Origin: Lama glama
Taxonomy: Eukaryota
DNA length: 64,000 nucleotides
Reading direction: 5' to 3'
Assembly: GCA_028534125.1 (NCBI GenBank)
Contig: CM052817.1
Coordinates: forward strand, 3,598,001 to 3,662,000
Shown here: piece by piece, positions 37,545 to 50,768 of the stretch
Layout of the letters: each line of letters starts with the position of its first letter
Numbering within the stretch: the stretch's first letter is position 1
Notes under the pieces: model-generated
Told to the model about the DNA's origin: nothing
Databases searched by the model: none
The model's input: only the letters and a program-made list of their open reading frames with translations
Made by a program: the position numbers and the translations under genes

Positions 37545-39873
37545 CTGGTTCTCAACCTGTTTAATGTGTAAAAGGGAGAGAGAGTAGTAGGCGGGGTTTC
37601 AGTTTTATCACATTCTCGGAGTGTTGGCCGTCCAGAGCATTATTCTGGAATAGCTGAATTATCTTTCTTGACTCAAATTGTTTAAATTTTGAAAAGACCT
37701 AATTCCATTGGATTCCGGTGACGAATTTATCCTGAGAATTAAATACATAAATGTAAAGGCTCCGAGCAAACAGCAGGGTAAGGACTGGTGTTGACAGTAA
37801 TAGCTGGGCTTGGTGGGGTAAGAGGCAGCCAGTCATAAGATGACTTTTCCCCTATAACAAAGTGTTAAAACTTTAACATAAATTAATTATACATTCATTA
37901 TGATGTTTAAAAACAGTCAAGCCTAAATAAATTCTTCATACCATCAAGATACACATACAGAAAACCTGCTTAAGCACAAAGTTTTTCATTCGACAGGTCT
38001 TGGCCGGGGCCACACATATTTCCAGGGATCTTTTGCTTCTCAAGCTTAATGAAAGGCTGGCAATCATTTTATATAAAAATAAGACTAAATTTAAAACCTC
38101 ACCAAACTAGGAATCTGATGTAGAAAATCGAAGATACCAGAGTAGCTAAAGCCAGTGGTTCTTGAACTCTCGCCTGCATCCCAGTCCCCTGGAAGGCTTG
38201 CAAAAACAGCTCCATGGACCCCAACCACAGGGTTTCTGATTCAGGGGGACTGGGCAGGGCCTGAGTGCGCTTCTAGCAGGTTCCCAGGAGCCCTAGATGA
38301 GGACCACTGGCCAAAAGCCCTGTAAAAACTTAGCACCGTCCCCATCACAGCTTGAATAGACAGTACCGGCTCTGTTGGCCACAGTTACCCTGCAAGGGAC
38401 GGTGTGGGAGTGGCCTTCAGGAATGACACTAGTGCTGGCTATTTCCTATGGTCAAAGAGAAGTCCTGGGCACAGGGAGTGCTTCTCTGCCCACATGCAGT
38501 GTATTTTGCAACTAAAGCCACATACAGTATATTTGAAATATTTTATTTAATGCTGGAAAATTTACCCTAGGGGCAGAAGGATGCAAAAAAGAAAGGAAAA
38601 GGCACCGTAATTAAGTCATCCTTGGAAATGATGAGGTTTTTTTTTTTCTTTCAAATAACTTCACTTTAATGTAACTTCAAACCCAAACATTCTAGGAGGT
38701 AAACAGTCTTGGGGGCTATGGGGGCAGGACAAGCTCGGGAGGGGTGGAGCCCCGGGGCCACGGCCACTCCGCCCACTCTTAAGCAGGGTCTTGGACACCA
38801 GAGCCCCGAGCAGCCGGAAGTCATGCCTTTCTCAAAGTTCTGGAAGGAAGGTACCATGTACGTCCATGAAAGACCACCCCTGAACGTGTTTCTAAACCCG
38901 GCTGGGTGGCAGCCGCTCTGAGTCTGGTTGGAGGCAGCAGCCTCAATGCTCCCTCCCACCCTGACCTGGCTGAGTGCCTGATGCCACCCCCAGGAAGACA
39001 CATGGCCAGAGTCTCGGTGAAAGAGGTACTTGCAAGGGAGCTGAAAACCCTGGAGGGAGCTAACACCAGAACCCAGAGCTCTCAGCCTGACTTCTAAAAC
39101 GAGTTTTTCCAAGTAAAATGCACTGCAGGTTCTAAGAGCAGCAAGCAGCAGCCCCAGGGGAGGCTGCTCAGTGTTGTTCTGGCAGCTGGAGCTGGTCCCA
39201 GTCCCCTCCACCCCCGCTTAGGCTCCCCCCAAAGCACCCCTGAGACCCAGGGGGTCTGCCGTTCCTCCCACCACAGCTCCGCCTCTCCCACCCTGAGCTC
39301 AAACTGCCACTACCTGGGGGTTAAGGGGAAGCTCATGTGGCCACTGTGTTTGACACCAGATTCCTCCTTTAAAGTCCCTACTGACGTCCCATCCTGTCCC
39401 ACAGCCCCACGGTCCCACCTGCCTGTCTGGCCCCCTCTAAAGTGCCACGTGCCGGGCTGTGCTGGGGGTCTGGGCTGCCGTGGGCGGGGAGAAGCTGGAG
39501 GCCAGGCGGGGAATGGTGCTCCTTTACCTACAGAATGACAGTCGTGTACCAAAGGGAAGAAACAAATAAAAGGAAATTACTCTCACACTATTCTCCAAAC
39601 TGAACACATGAAGGCAAGTCGTCATCTTAAAGGATTACTTTTAGGACTAAGTTAAAATATACATATATCTGCCTCCCCCATGATCCAATATAAGACTGTT
39701 ACTATTGCTTCTTCAGAGGACCGTAAAAAGAATTTGTATCCTAAAAAAAGGAACTCAATTTGTTTAAAAAAGAGCAACAATGGGGAAAAAGCGTTTCCTC
39801 CCCCCTCCCTCGCCCCAATCATTTTGGCTCACAAGCTTCTTAGCATCATTCCGGCTTTCACAGCGCCCTGGCC
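37545..39873 (-). other. TADA2B: TADA2B 3'UTR (probable extent)
   Basis: Follows the stop codon on the minus strand. Minus-strand AATAAA at 38542-38547 and ATTAAA at 37560-37565. The true end cannot be determined from sequence. Confidence 0.55.
38153..38309. mobile_element. MER5A-like DNA transposon within the probable TADA2B 3'UTR
   Basis: Reads CAGTGGTTCTTGAA...gtttctgattcag...ttctagcaggttcccagg...GACCACTG. Confidence 0.7.
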
Positions 39874-40866
39874 TCAGGAAGCATCCCTGGATATCCAACC
39901 ACTTTCCGTGAGGAAGTTTAAAATCCTTTTCTTGAGGACTTTGTCCAAGTAACTGGGAAGGCGGCTCTTGGAGGGAATCCCTTGCCGTTTCTGGAGGTGG
40001 TCCTTAATGATGATGGTCTTCACGGTCACGTAGCGCGCGGGGCTCAGGTTCAGGGAGCTACAGAGCACCTTCTCGCGGTCCGACAAGAGCTCGAAGCCGG
40101 GCAGGTGCTCGATGGCGGCGAACTCGCTGTCCTTGCCGTCCTCCTTGCCCCTCTTGGAGGCCGCCGCGTTTTTGTTCTCCTTCCGCTTCTCGCGCTTGTG
40201 CCGAGCCGCCTCGTACTCGGCCGACTCCTCCATCTTGGTGATGCCGTTGCGCCGGTACCGCTGCAGCTCCCGGATCTTGGCGCGCAGCATCTTCTCCTTG
40301 TGCATGTTCTCGAACAGGTCATCGAACTCCTTGCAGGACATGAACTGGTAGAGCGGCCGCAGCTTCAGCCGCAGCTCCTTCTCCTCCTTGGTGACCTTGC
40401 GCTTGGCCGCCTTCTCCTTCTCCTTCTTGTCCTTGCCCAGGAAGGCCGGCACCAGGTTGTAGTCGCGCGCGATGTTCTTGCGCCGCTGCCGCTCCTTGAG
40501 CTTCCGCACGTACATGTCCACGTGCGCGCGCTTCAGCTCGATCTCCACGTCGTCGTCGTCGTAGTTGACCGAGAGCCCGCTGATGAGCGTCTCGGCGTCC
40601 TGGTCATACTCGATCTCGTAGTCGTCCCGCAGCGGCATGTAGCCCAGCTGCTGCTGCTCGGCCACCGAGATGTCTAGGGGAGGCAAGGGGGTGGTGAGGC
40701 TGGGAGAGAGGGGGCCTCCACTGGGGCAGGTGTGGTCTGTCACCCGATTGGGGATGGTGTCGGGGATGCAGGCTTTCCCCAGGTTTCCGTGGATGTACAT
40801 GCTTACATAATGCTCCATCACTTCCTGGGGAGTCCGGGAAGCGCCAACGTGGGCAGCCATGTCTTC
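39874..40866 (-). CDS. TADA2B: TADA2B coding exon 2 (SAGA transcriptional adaptor 2-beta)
   Basis: Acceptor ctttgttgttgtag|GAA GAC ATG. Encodes EDMAAHVGASRTPQEV...GYMPLRDDYEIEYDQDAE...LKKRILNFLTESGWISRDAS*, with ADA2 motifs and a SWIRM-like C-terminus. 270+993 nt = 420 aa + stop. Confidence 0.97.
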   Translation of the reverse strand, partial: EDMAAHVGASRTPQEVMEHYVSMYIHGNLGKACIPDTIPNRVTDHTCPSGGPLSPSLTTPLPPLDISVAEQQQLGYMPLRDDYEIEYDQDAETLISGLSVNYDDDDVEIELKRAHVDMYVRKLKERQRRKNIARDYNLVPAFLGKDKKEKEKAAKRKVTKEEKELRLKLRPLYQFMSCKEFDDLFENMHKEKMLRAKIRELQRYRRNGITKMEESAEYEAARHKREKRKENKNAAASKRGKEDGKDSEFAAIEHLPGFELLSDREKVLCSSLNLSPARYVTVKTIIIKDHLQKRQGIPSKSRLPSYLDKVLKKRILNFLTESGWISRDAS

Positions 40867-43800
40867 CTACAACAACAAAGGTCAGAGGTCATTTCCAAAG
40901 CCAGAGGGTCAGACTCAGGGTTCCGGCAAAGCCCCTTAACGTTTCCGCAAAGGTTCACTGGACTACCTCCTACTGACAGCGTTATACCCCCTCCCGAAGG
41001 ATGCTCCTGCAGGGGACTGGGCCAACCAAATGGATGTCAGCGCAGGAAAGAACCCTGACTGATTCCCTGCGTGAGAAAGTGCAGATCAGAGAGGCGCACC
41101 CGTGTCCGGGCTCATGTGGGAGCTGGTGGCCCAGGGATCAGAACCCACATCAGAGATGCTGGCTCTGTTCCCCTGGTTCCCCAAGAGGAGGAGCAGGGCC
41201 AGCCAGCACTGGCCGTTCTGCCTGCAACAAACCCAGCTCTCCGGCATCTGGGAGGTTAACAGGACATGGTAGGGGCGGGTGGCAGCCAGACCCTAAGGTG
41301 CCCACTGCGTCCCAGTCCCACTTCTGTGTCTAGACCAGAGAACAGCCCCGGCCCAGGTCCCCTGCACAGGAGGCCCCACTCCCAGCCTCCCAAACAGAAG
41401 GGCTGAGGCCCAATGTGTCCCTTTCCTAGGTGGCAGTCAGATGACCAGGAAAGAACCTCTTAAAGTGGGTGGAGGACCGCAACCAATGACACCCTCAATG
41501 GGCCCCAGCAAGCATGCGTTCCTAACAGACAGTAACCCATGAGCACAGGGTTATTAATGGGAGGAAATTGTACAACCCCCTCAATCTTTTCCTTCTGCCA
41601 AGAGGCCTCTTCCTTAAAGTCAACCGCTAAAGCCACTTCAGAAAGTAACTGCCCGAAGTGCGTACTCATTCAGCCAGCAGCCACTTCTCACCCGCTGCAT
41701 GCACCCCTAACCTGGTCCTCCCAGCTCCAGCAGCCGCCAAGGCACAGAGGCCGCCTTCCGCCCCAGAAATGCTCATCCCTCGAGATTGGAATGGTCTCTG
41801 CACCCCCAAAAGCCAAACTGGAGTCAAAGAAACCAGCCCACCCGGGCTGACCCTGCTGACAAACTGGGCACCGAGGGGAGGGAGGTCCTCGTGGCACAGT
41901 GACTGGCCAGCATCCCAGCCAGGAGCCAAGCTGGCCTCTCCCCATGAGGAGCCGCATGGAGGGCAGGGCTTAAAGCCATCAGAACAAAGAAGGCAAGACC
42001 CGCACCTAACCTGCGAGGCCTCCTTCTGAGCACCGCAAAGAGAAGTGGGAAGATCAGGACTAAAACTGGACGCTGTCTCATGGGGATGGGCTGGCCACGT
42101 GGTTTCTTATTTAAAAATCACTATTAGCATCAATTCTCTAACACTTTCCCAGAAGACATTTGGTCCAAACACGAACGAACAAACAAACAAAAAAATCCCA
42201 AAAGCAAATCACAACCATTCCCAGCAGCTACTGTCACTGTGACCAGTCTGGCCACTCCCGCCTCGGAGCCTTGAGTTTTCACCAGTAAAGGAGCCAGGGG
42301 CAGCCTGCCTACCCTGCCTTTCCAGCCGCTCACCAGAAGCACCCCCCACAGGCAGAGAGGTGCTGGAGGACCTTAACGCTTTTCTGCCCACCCCACCTTG
42401 GGGCCGGAAGCCCCCATAGCATGCAGAGAATCTGCATCGCTGACACATGCCCTTTCGGGAGGCAAGGACATGCTCACCAGGGTGTCGGAGAACGGGGAAG
42501 CCGCCAGAGGCCTGGAGCCCGGGCTGGGGGCTTCTCACCCCTCACCGCCCCCAAGGCCACGGCGGCTGGGTGGTGCAGACCTTGGCCCGGCTAGCAGACC
42601 TGCCGCGAGAGGTCCGCCCTCCCAACAAGTCTGTCCACCCCGAACCTCAGCCTTCCAGACATCATCAGGCGCGCAGAACACCACATCTGGGGTAAAATGT
42701 AAATCCTGAAAGAACAGGATTCTAAGCAGTAAAGTTGGATCTGACCAAACGAAGACTTCGTACTGAGTTGTCTGAGGTCTTTCCCACATCACCAGAGCAC
42801 GGTGGCCAAACCCAAATTAAAGCCACTCTACAAACACCAGCCTGCACTCTACAGACATGTCTGGTCAGAGACAAAGAAGTGTGTGGACCAGAGGAGAGGT
42901 GGCAGCTACATTAATGGGCCCAGATGGGACCCTGTAAGCCAACGGTCTTGTACCCCCGTCAACTTCCTGCTTTCTCTAAGCACCGAGCTGATGCAAGAGG
43001 CTCACATTTCTGGAAGGATATGGGGAAGGTATGTGGGAACTTTGTGTACTGTTTTTCCACTTTTTTGAGTAAATCTAAGTTTTTTTTTTAAGTAAAGTTA
43101 AATCCTACCTCAGAATTCTCTGTTTAAACAGGTCTAAGGTTTTCATCCAGAATATTTAAAGGGACAAAAAAAAAAAAAAAGAGTGCTCAAAAGAGAAGAT
43201 GCTCCTGTTCCATGAGGCGCTCCCGACAGTGCACAGGTGGGTGTCAGTCCATGTCCATGTGCAGGTGATGTCACCCCTCCTGCCTCCACAAGTTCCATCC
43301 ATGTCTTGCTCCGCAAACATCCACAATCCCAGGGCTACAGCCCAGAACAGGAGGCAGTCTCCCCGACCAGGCACACAACCGGGGACCTCAGGCAGACGGC
43401 TGTGGACCTGTGCTGCCTCCTCAGTCACCCAGCTCCTCTTCAGGTAGCAAATGCAGACGCTGGCTCCATATGGGCCCAGGCCACCAGTGTTTATGAAGCC
43501 ACAAAGCAGAGGGACCAGTGCCCTGTGACCAGGAGCCCAGGAGCCCCCTCAGCATCAGCCTTGGCCACTGTGAGGGGAGACGCTACCTCAGGTGACTGCG
43601 GAAACAGCCTCGCCCCCCAGGGCCCACCATGTTAGCTTAGTGACCAGTGAGAAAGGCCCGGGAAAGCACACAAGACCCTAATTTCCAAGTACTCTGAGAC
43701 AGCAAGGGTCATAATAGGACAGTGGAAATGGGAGCAGTGACACAGCTCTGATTCTAACAAGAGTCCACAGAGGACAGACAGGTTCTGTGACGCGAAACCA

Positions 43801-44055
43801 CAGTAATAAACATATTGTAAAAGACAAGGGTTAAAAATAGCAACAGCTACAGCACATCCGCCCCTGCCCAGTGCCCTGCTCGTCACATCCTGAACTTCTC
43901 ATCTACATGTGTGTGGTCACACAAGACCCGCCCACCTCCTGCAAGTAAGGAAGTGTCCTGTCACCACCTTGCAGCATCACGGTGACAGCAGGTGAGTGAC
44001 AGAGAGAGTGGGTCTTTCCTTCACATGTTCAAGGTCAAAGTATTTGCTTACTCTG

Positions 44056-44101
44056 GGTGGATGGATGGATGGATGGGTGGACAGAAGGATGGATGGATGG
44101 A
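44056..44101. repeat. (GGAT)n microsatellite
   Basis: Reads ggtggatggatggatggatgggtggacagaaggatggatggatgga. Confidence 0.85.
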
Positions 44102-46834
44102 CAGGTAGCTAGGCAGGGAGAAGTAACAGAAATGAGTTCGGGGGAATGAGATTTGGAGAGAAAGTTCAAGTGTAAATAAGTAAAACTACACAAGGACCAG
44201 GACTGTGCACTGAAGCTGGTTTCTTCCCCACCGCCGCACAGTAACACACAGGTGAGTAGCCCCAGGCCTGCGAGGTTTGTTCTTATATGCTACCTCAGAA
44301 AAGAGAGAGAGGCTCCCATCTCTGGAAAAAGGTAAGGAGAGATAGGTATGCCCTTCCTTAAGCCCTTTGGAAAATAAAGGAAAAGATGCCTCTAAGACAC
44401 TGAACTGGGCCCTGAGGTCTACTTTCCAAGGTCGCTAGACGCAGGCCAGGACACAGCCTCTCCAGGAAAGGAGAGCGGGCAGCAGCTCCACCGGGCTCTC
44501 CAGCCAGTCGGCTCTCCTTCTGGCCTTTTCAGGGCGCTCGTGCCGGCCTCCAGCACCTGAGCAGGGAAAGGAGGGAAAAGTCCCTGGAAACCATCAGCAC
44601 TGCGGGCCGGCCAGGTCCCCCAGTAAGGCCGCCTCAGGGTTTCTCTCCTCCAGGCCCGAGGCTGCCTGTGCCCCGTCTGGAGGTCCACACAAGGGTTGCT
44701 GTGCCAGCCCATCCTCCAGACAAAAGCAGACTGTTCTCCACGTGCACAGGCTTGGCCGGGCTTCAGGGTTCCAATCCTGGCTCCACCCCTTAACTGCTGA
44801 GTAACTTGGACAAATCACTTAACTTCTCTGTGCCTCAATCTCCTTGTCTGAATAACAGAGGTAATACTACCACCTACTCCACAGGACGACGGGGGATTAA
44901 ACGAGGGGATACCCACCCCGTGCTAAGCCCCTGGCTGGGAGCAGTTTGCACTGCATCAGTGTTGCCTGTCACCACAACCACGGAGCCATCAGCTCCACTT
45001 CCACAACTCAGGTTTACCCTGAAGACCCAGATCATCTCCTCCGGGAAGGCTTCGAGGAAACCTAGAGCCAGGCTCAGGTTCTGACTCAATTACTACTAGC
45101 TGGGAAACCCTTATCCTCTCAAATTCTGCTTCTTGATCTGTAATTCGTCTTCTTACAGGGTTTTGCCAGGATAAAACAAAATTCATAGTAATAACAGTTA
45201 CCGGGTAAGGCCTTTTACACAGATCACCTCATTTCATCCTCTCAGCAATTCCCACGAGGTAGCATGATTACCCACATTTTATAGGTTAGGAGAATAACCT
45301 TAGGTGACACTACCCCCAAGGAAGGGCCCAGGTCACCACGCGGCCTGTCCCCTGGGGAACTGACGCAGTGCACACCAAAAGGGGGGGTCCCTGCAATCGC
45401 ACTTTCTTAGACTTTCAAAAGGCAGAGCAAGGCCAGACCTTGGGGCTCCCACTCTCCTTTCCAGACCAACCACATTGCAGCAGCGCTGCCACCTCTCGCT
45501 CTGTGATCTCTGGGACGCGTGCGGGGGCACAGAGGGACCTACTTCTTCCCTGTGCAGAGGATTCTGTCCAGTTCTTGTGAACAAACCAGTGCTTTTACCA
45601 GAGCGACCGTCTCCAGGTCACAGAGCACCCTCTCTGTGCAGGTTGGCGGCTTTGCTCCGGAGCAGTCTGAACGCAGCCTCTCTCAACGGCAGCGTCTGCT
45701 CGTGAAGCGGAAGCAAAGGCCTGGAGGCCTGCTTGGCCCGAGGCTTTTCAGCCAGGCTTGGCGGCGGGCAGTATGCCGCACCTCCCTAGGGAGACGTGGC
45801 TCCAGCCTCCTTTTTCTTTAAGAAGAGAAGCGTCCATGGGCCAAAAGCAACCAGAAGGCTCACCACATGAACCTGCGGCCCCCAGAGGCTGGGGCAGAGA
45901 CCCCAGGGGCGGCCAGGACGCAGCCGGGCCCGAGGGCAGCAGAGGGAGCAGAGTCCAGGCCCCTGGGGAGGGGGTTCAGGCCGCAAGGACAGAGTCTCTG
46001 GGTGAGAGGAGGCTGAGAGGCCAGCGGACTCCGACCCCTGGCAGGCGCTCTGCTGCCTGGACACTCGGGGCCTGGCCTGTCCCTCACGAGTCCGTGACAC
46101 ATGCCGGCCGTCCCTGTGAGGAGGGACGTGAGCAGGACACTGGGCATCAGCCTTCACTAGTCGCTCCTTCCACTCGTCCCCCTTCCGAGTGGCCTCAACC
46201 TGGGCTTCGCGGGTGGACACAGACACGACCTCGCGTGCGCCCGCGCCCGCTCCCGGGCCGCGGGGGGGGGGGGGGACACGGGTGGGGCGGGGCGGGGCCG
46301 AGGCCGGCGCAGGCGCGGACGGTCCCCGCACTGGCACCCAGCTCGCCCACCGGGGGTGCCCTGGACGCGGCCATTTCCTTCTCCAGCCTCCTCCCCGCTT
46401 CTTTTCCAGTGAAGAGAACAGCCCACCTGCTTCTCAGGGGCTGGGAGGATGCCCTGGGCGCGCGCCCTGCGTCCTCCGCCTCCAGACCCTCCCCTGCCTT
46501 CCTGCCGCCTCCACTCAGCAGCCGGACCCTCCTGGCAGCTACGCTGTGTCAGGGCCACGTCTGGCCTCAGAGGCCAGTGACTGACACTGGTCTGTCCTCC
46601 CCAGTTATCAGCCAGCCATCCCAGGGGCTCTGTTCCCCTTGGCCACCAATCCTGTTTGCTAGGCTTTTTAGATGGAAAGTTCTGTAGCCTCATCTCAGCT
46701 CCAGGTTCCCTGTCCTCCTCTCTAAACTCACCCAGAGTTCACCGGCTCACACAGGTGACTGCCCCACAAGGTGAACAAAGCTCTTCAGGTCAGATCAGGC
46801 CACCTGCGAAAGAGCTTTAGAAAGCTGCACGTCC

Positions 46835-47416
46835 CACTGTGAAAACAGTATGGCAGGTCCTTAAAAAACACACATACACATGATCCAGCAATTCCACTTC
46901 CTGCTATTTACCCCAAATAATAATGACTCCAACAGAGTTGTGTACACCTACGTTCACTGCAGCAGCATTCCCAGCAGCCGAAAGTGGAAGCAACCCAAGT
47001 ACCCATCAGTGGATGATGGGTAAACAAAATACAGCCTATCCACACAGTGGAATATTACTCAGCCTTACAAAGGAAGGAAATCGACACCTGCTGGAACACT
47101 GCTAAACCTGGGGAACCTTATCCTGAGTGAAACAGGCCAGTCACAAAGGCAAAAACATAAAATTCCACTTAATGTGAGGTCCCTAGAACAGGCAAACTCA
47201 GAGAGACAGAAAAGTGGAAGGGTAGCTACCAGGGGCAGGGGAGCTACAAATGGAAGGTCAGTGTTTCATGGGGACACTAAAGGAATGAAAAAGTTCTGGA
47301 GATGGCTGGTGCTGATGGCTGCATAGCAGCGGTAATGCACTTAATGCCACCGTATACTTAAAGATGGTTAAAAATTGTGAATTTTACATTATGTGTATCT
47401 ATTTTACCACAATAAA
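46835..47416 (+). mobile_element. LINE-1 (L1MB-like) 3'-end fragment in the TADA2B intron
   Basis: Contains atgatccagcaattccacttc...aagtggaagcaacccaagt...gtggaatattactcagcc...aaagttctggagatgg...attttaccacaataaaa. Confidence 0.85.
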
Positions 47417-47473
47417 AATACATAATTTTTCAAACGGAGGAAAGGTTTTAGACTGGCACGTCTTACTCTCCAC

Positions 47474-47652
47474 CAGTGCTTCTCAAAGAAGGGCTCTGGG
47501 CCAGCAGCATCAAGCACCACCAGTGAAGTTGTTAGAAATGCAAATTGTCATGCCAAGCCCCAGATCTGACTTCAGAAACAGACGGGACAAGGATTGGCGA
47601 TTTAACAAGCCCCCCAGGTTGTCCTGAATCTCGCTGAAGTTTGAGAACCACT
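47474..47652. mobile_element. MER5A DNA transposon
   Basis: TIR-like ends CAGTGCTTCTCAAA ... TTTGAGAACCACT; internal ccagcagcatc...gttagaaatgcaaatt. Confidence 0.75.
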
Positions 47653-50617
47653 CCTCTGCATAACCCTATTAATTCTAGCTGGTTCCCTCTGTCTAGGCTC
47701 TTCCCTCCTTACCCCCTCCATCCTTAATGACAGTTAAGAACCCCACTGTCAGGATGCTCATGGGATGAACTTACCCGTTCCCATGACACTCAGAGGGAAC
47801 TACACCTTGTTAAGAAGGTGACTGTTCCCAGGCTTCCCAAATGAGGCTCTGTGGACCCCGTGCAGCAGAATGACACGGCAGGAGTCTCTGTAAACACCCA
47901 TTTCCCGACTTAACCCAGGGGATACCCTGCATCTAGCACAGGCGCTAAGGTAAAGGGGCCCCAAGTAAGTACCTGACAAATGAATGCGCAAACGCGCAAC
48001 AGAGCGTATCTACACGTCCCGCATCAGGATGTCAACTGTCATCGACGAAAGTAAAACTCCTTGTTCATGACATTCCACCCACCTCCAATAATTAGCCTGA
48101 ATGTACATTCACCAGCACAAGGCCCCGCACAGTGTGCAGAGAGCCTCACATCCTTTTATAATCTGAATTCAAAGCCAGCTTGACCCCTGCCTCCCCCTAA
48201 AGCCCTCCTGACCAGAATCTGCAGAAACCCGGGCCTTCCTCACACCGTCTGATTCTCCAGCAACCAATTAACGAACCTATGGCTCGGCCACCACAGTCTC
48301 AAGTTGTCATAAAATATTCTACCTTTGTGTTTACGTCCGTGTTCCAGCAGGAGACTTATCTTCTAAGTCTGCATCTGCACAGCACTCACCACAAAACCAG
48401 CTGCCCTGGAGGTCTCAATACCCTACTGCCAAACCTTCCCTGGTCTTGTATTCACAGGTGTCACCCTACCTGTCCTCTCCTCTGCTAGTGCCCAGACCCT
48501 CCTGGCCTCACAGTTAGCATCCCTCAGCCACACCCACGCCAGCTTGGGAGCCTTGGCCCTGGGACAAAGTGTGAGCCAACGGCCCAGACTTCACCACAGC
48601 CTGTCCCCATTAATTCCACGTGACCCCAAAGTCACATGTACCATCCGACAAATTAGAATTGTCTCACCTTCCTCTGTATCACTGTCCCCAACATCACTAC
48701 CCTCCATTCACCCACTGCCTTTCTCCATCCTTCATAGCCAGCCCGTGACACCTGCACCCACCCAGTCACCTTCCTTCCCGCCCAACTCACTCAACCTCCT
48801 GCTGAGCTAGGTCAAGACCTTGCTCTGCCGTGAAGCCCCCGTCCAGTCACACTTGCAGTTGCACCACTGAGCTCCCAGCCTCCGACCCACATGGGTTAAT
48901 GCTCTTACACCAAGAGGTGAAGGCTCGGACTCTGCAATCAGGCCCATTTGTAAACCCTGGCTTTGCCACGTTGAAAAGCTGGGGCATCCTGGATGCGTAT
49001 TTTAAATTCTTGGAGTTGCTGCCCATGAGGACTGCTGTGAAGAGCATATGGGATACTGAGGGAAAGAGCCTTGCCCACAACCGGCCCTTGCCCTGCAGGA
49101 CACATCACTCACGTGCACTTATCTGAGAACCCGCTCAGAAGGGAACACACACCTCAGGGCTACGGAGGAGCCTCTGATGAAGCACAATGAAGTCTAGAGC
49201 AAAGCAGCTCCAGAGAGCACAGCCAGAGAGCCTGGAGCCCGCGCCCCGGGCTGGGTTAGCACAGGGAGCCTGGGGCTCCCCCCAAACCCACCACCACTGG
49301 TTCAGAAGGGAGAAGCCCGGACAGTGAGTCAGAATCTGCATTTTCACAAGCTCCCCAGGTGATATGTGTGCACATTAAAGTGAAAAGCACTGCTTTGGAG
49401 ATGCCCCACAGCCCCTGCCAGCCCCCAAGCTTCCTCCAGTACACTACGTTGTAGTCCCGGGGCCTGTTTTTCATGTATTTCCACAGGGCTGCAGGGAAGG
49501 CAGTGTAGATAGTGCAGCCAGGAACAGACTGAAGTCAAACTACTCAGTTCAAAGCCTGCTGCACAGGGCTGCTGGGGAGATTCCACAAGAAATGCCGGAG
49601 AGCCCAGAACGCGGCCTGGCGCTCAGCAAGGCTCTTGGTCCCCGTGAGCCATTTTTAGCTGCTGCTGAAGAAATAAGAGCCGCGAGAATGAGGTGGGAAA
49701 GGAAAGTCTCTCGGAGGCACTGATATATAAGCAGAAAGACCAGTCACCAGCCATGACTGAGGGGAAGAGCTAAGAAATACAAGTGATCAAGGTGGAGGCA
49801 GCTGCAATCCCAGGGGTTGGGGAACGCTGTGCAGGCCTACAGGCCCTCAAGTTTCATCTAAATAGAACGGGCAGCCTCTGAAGGCTTGTGTGATGTGGCG
49901 TGTCCTCCAATACCACTATAGTTATATTGCCTGCAGTGGCTGCAGGGCCCCGGAGCGGAGCGGAGAGACCACTAAGGAGGCCCCAGCGGTGGTCGGTTAA
50001 GAGAGAAGCATCGGCTTAGGCCAAGGCTGAGAGAAGTGGTCAGACTCTGGAACTACTCTGAAGACAGGGCTGCTGGTGAACTGGACCTGTCAGGACATGA
50101 GGACGGCTCGTTTGTAGCCTGCGTAACTGAGCTGAGTGCTGTGGGATCTGGGTCAAGGAAAGTCGAGACATCCCGGAGACAAGCACAAGGATGTCAGGGA
50201 TGGGTCCATGACCGCAGGCTGGCACTCAGGGAAGAACTCCAGGCTCAGGAGCAAACACTCACAACACTGTAAGCCCTTGAAGACAAAGGTAAAGTTGTTC
50301 TCCCCTCTGAGACCTTCACCACCGTTATCATATGCGTAGAGCAGATGCTCGATACACATCAGTCAACAGCACTTCAGGACAAAGTGAGATGGAGGTGTTT
50401 GGCGGGTGATCGTGATGATGGGGCTTAGGTGAGAATTTGTAGAGCAGTGTCTCTAAGGAGTTGGGAGAAGAGTCAAGATTCCAGGGCTGCGGAACGAGTA
50501 CTGGTTCCTGAAGACTGGCTCACTTTATGGAAGAAAAGCAAACAGGCAGAGCAGGTTTGGGAATGTGAGGAGAAATGTGGAATGTCTTCCACCAGTAAGC
50601 TCAGGAGGAGGGGTGTA

Positions 50618-50768
50618 GAGTTGGTCTTGTGTATCCCCGGGTTCTGCATCCACAGATTCAACCAAACCCCAGCTAGGCCATTTTATCTAGAGGACTTGAG
50701 TACTGGTGGATCCCAGTGGCCGCTGGGGGTTCTGTAACCAATCATCTGTGGACACTGAGGGATGACTG
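50618..50768. mobile_element. Tigger3-like internally deleted element
   Basis: Both termini are recognisable: gtatccccgggttctgcatccacagattcaacc and ccattttat...aaccaatc...gagggatgactg. TA dinucleotides lie at or near the flanks. Confidence 0.6.

Noticed and set aside
39982..40677. 231-aa plus-strand ORF
   Set aside because: It is the antisense shadow of the GC3-saturated TADA2B exon 2.
45758..46687. 309-aa plus-strand ORF in the TADA2B intron
   Set aside because: Non-ATG start, Pro/Arg/Gly-rich, no recognisable domain; explained by local GC content.
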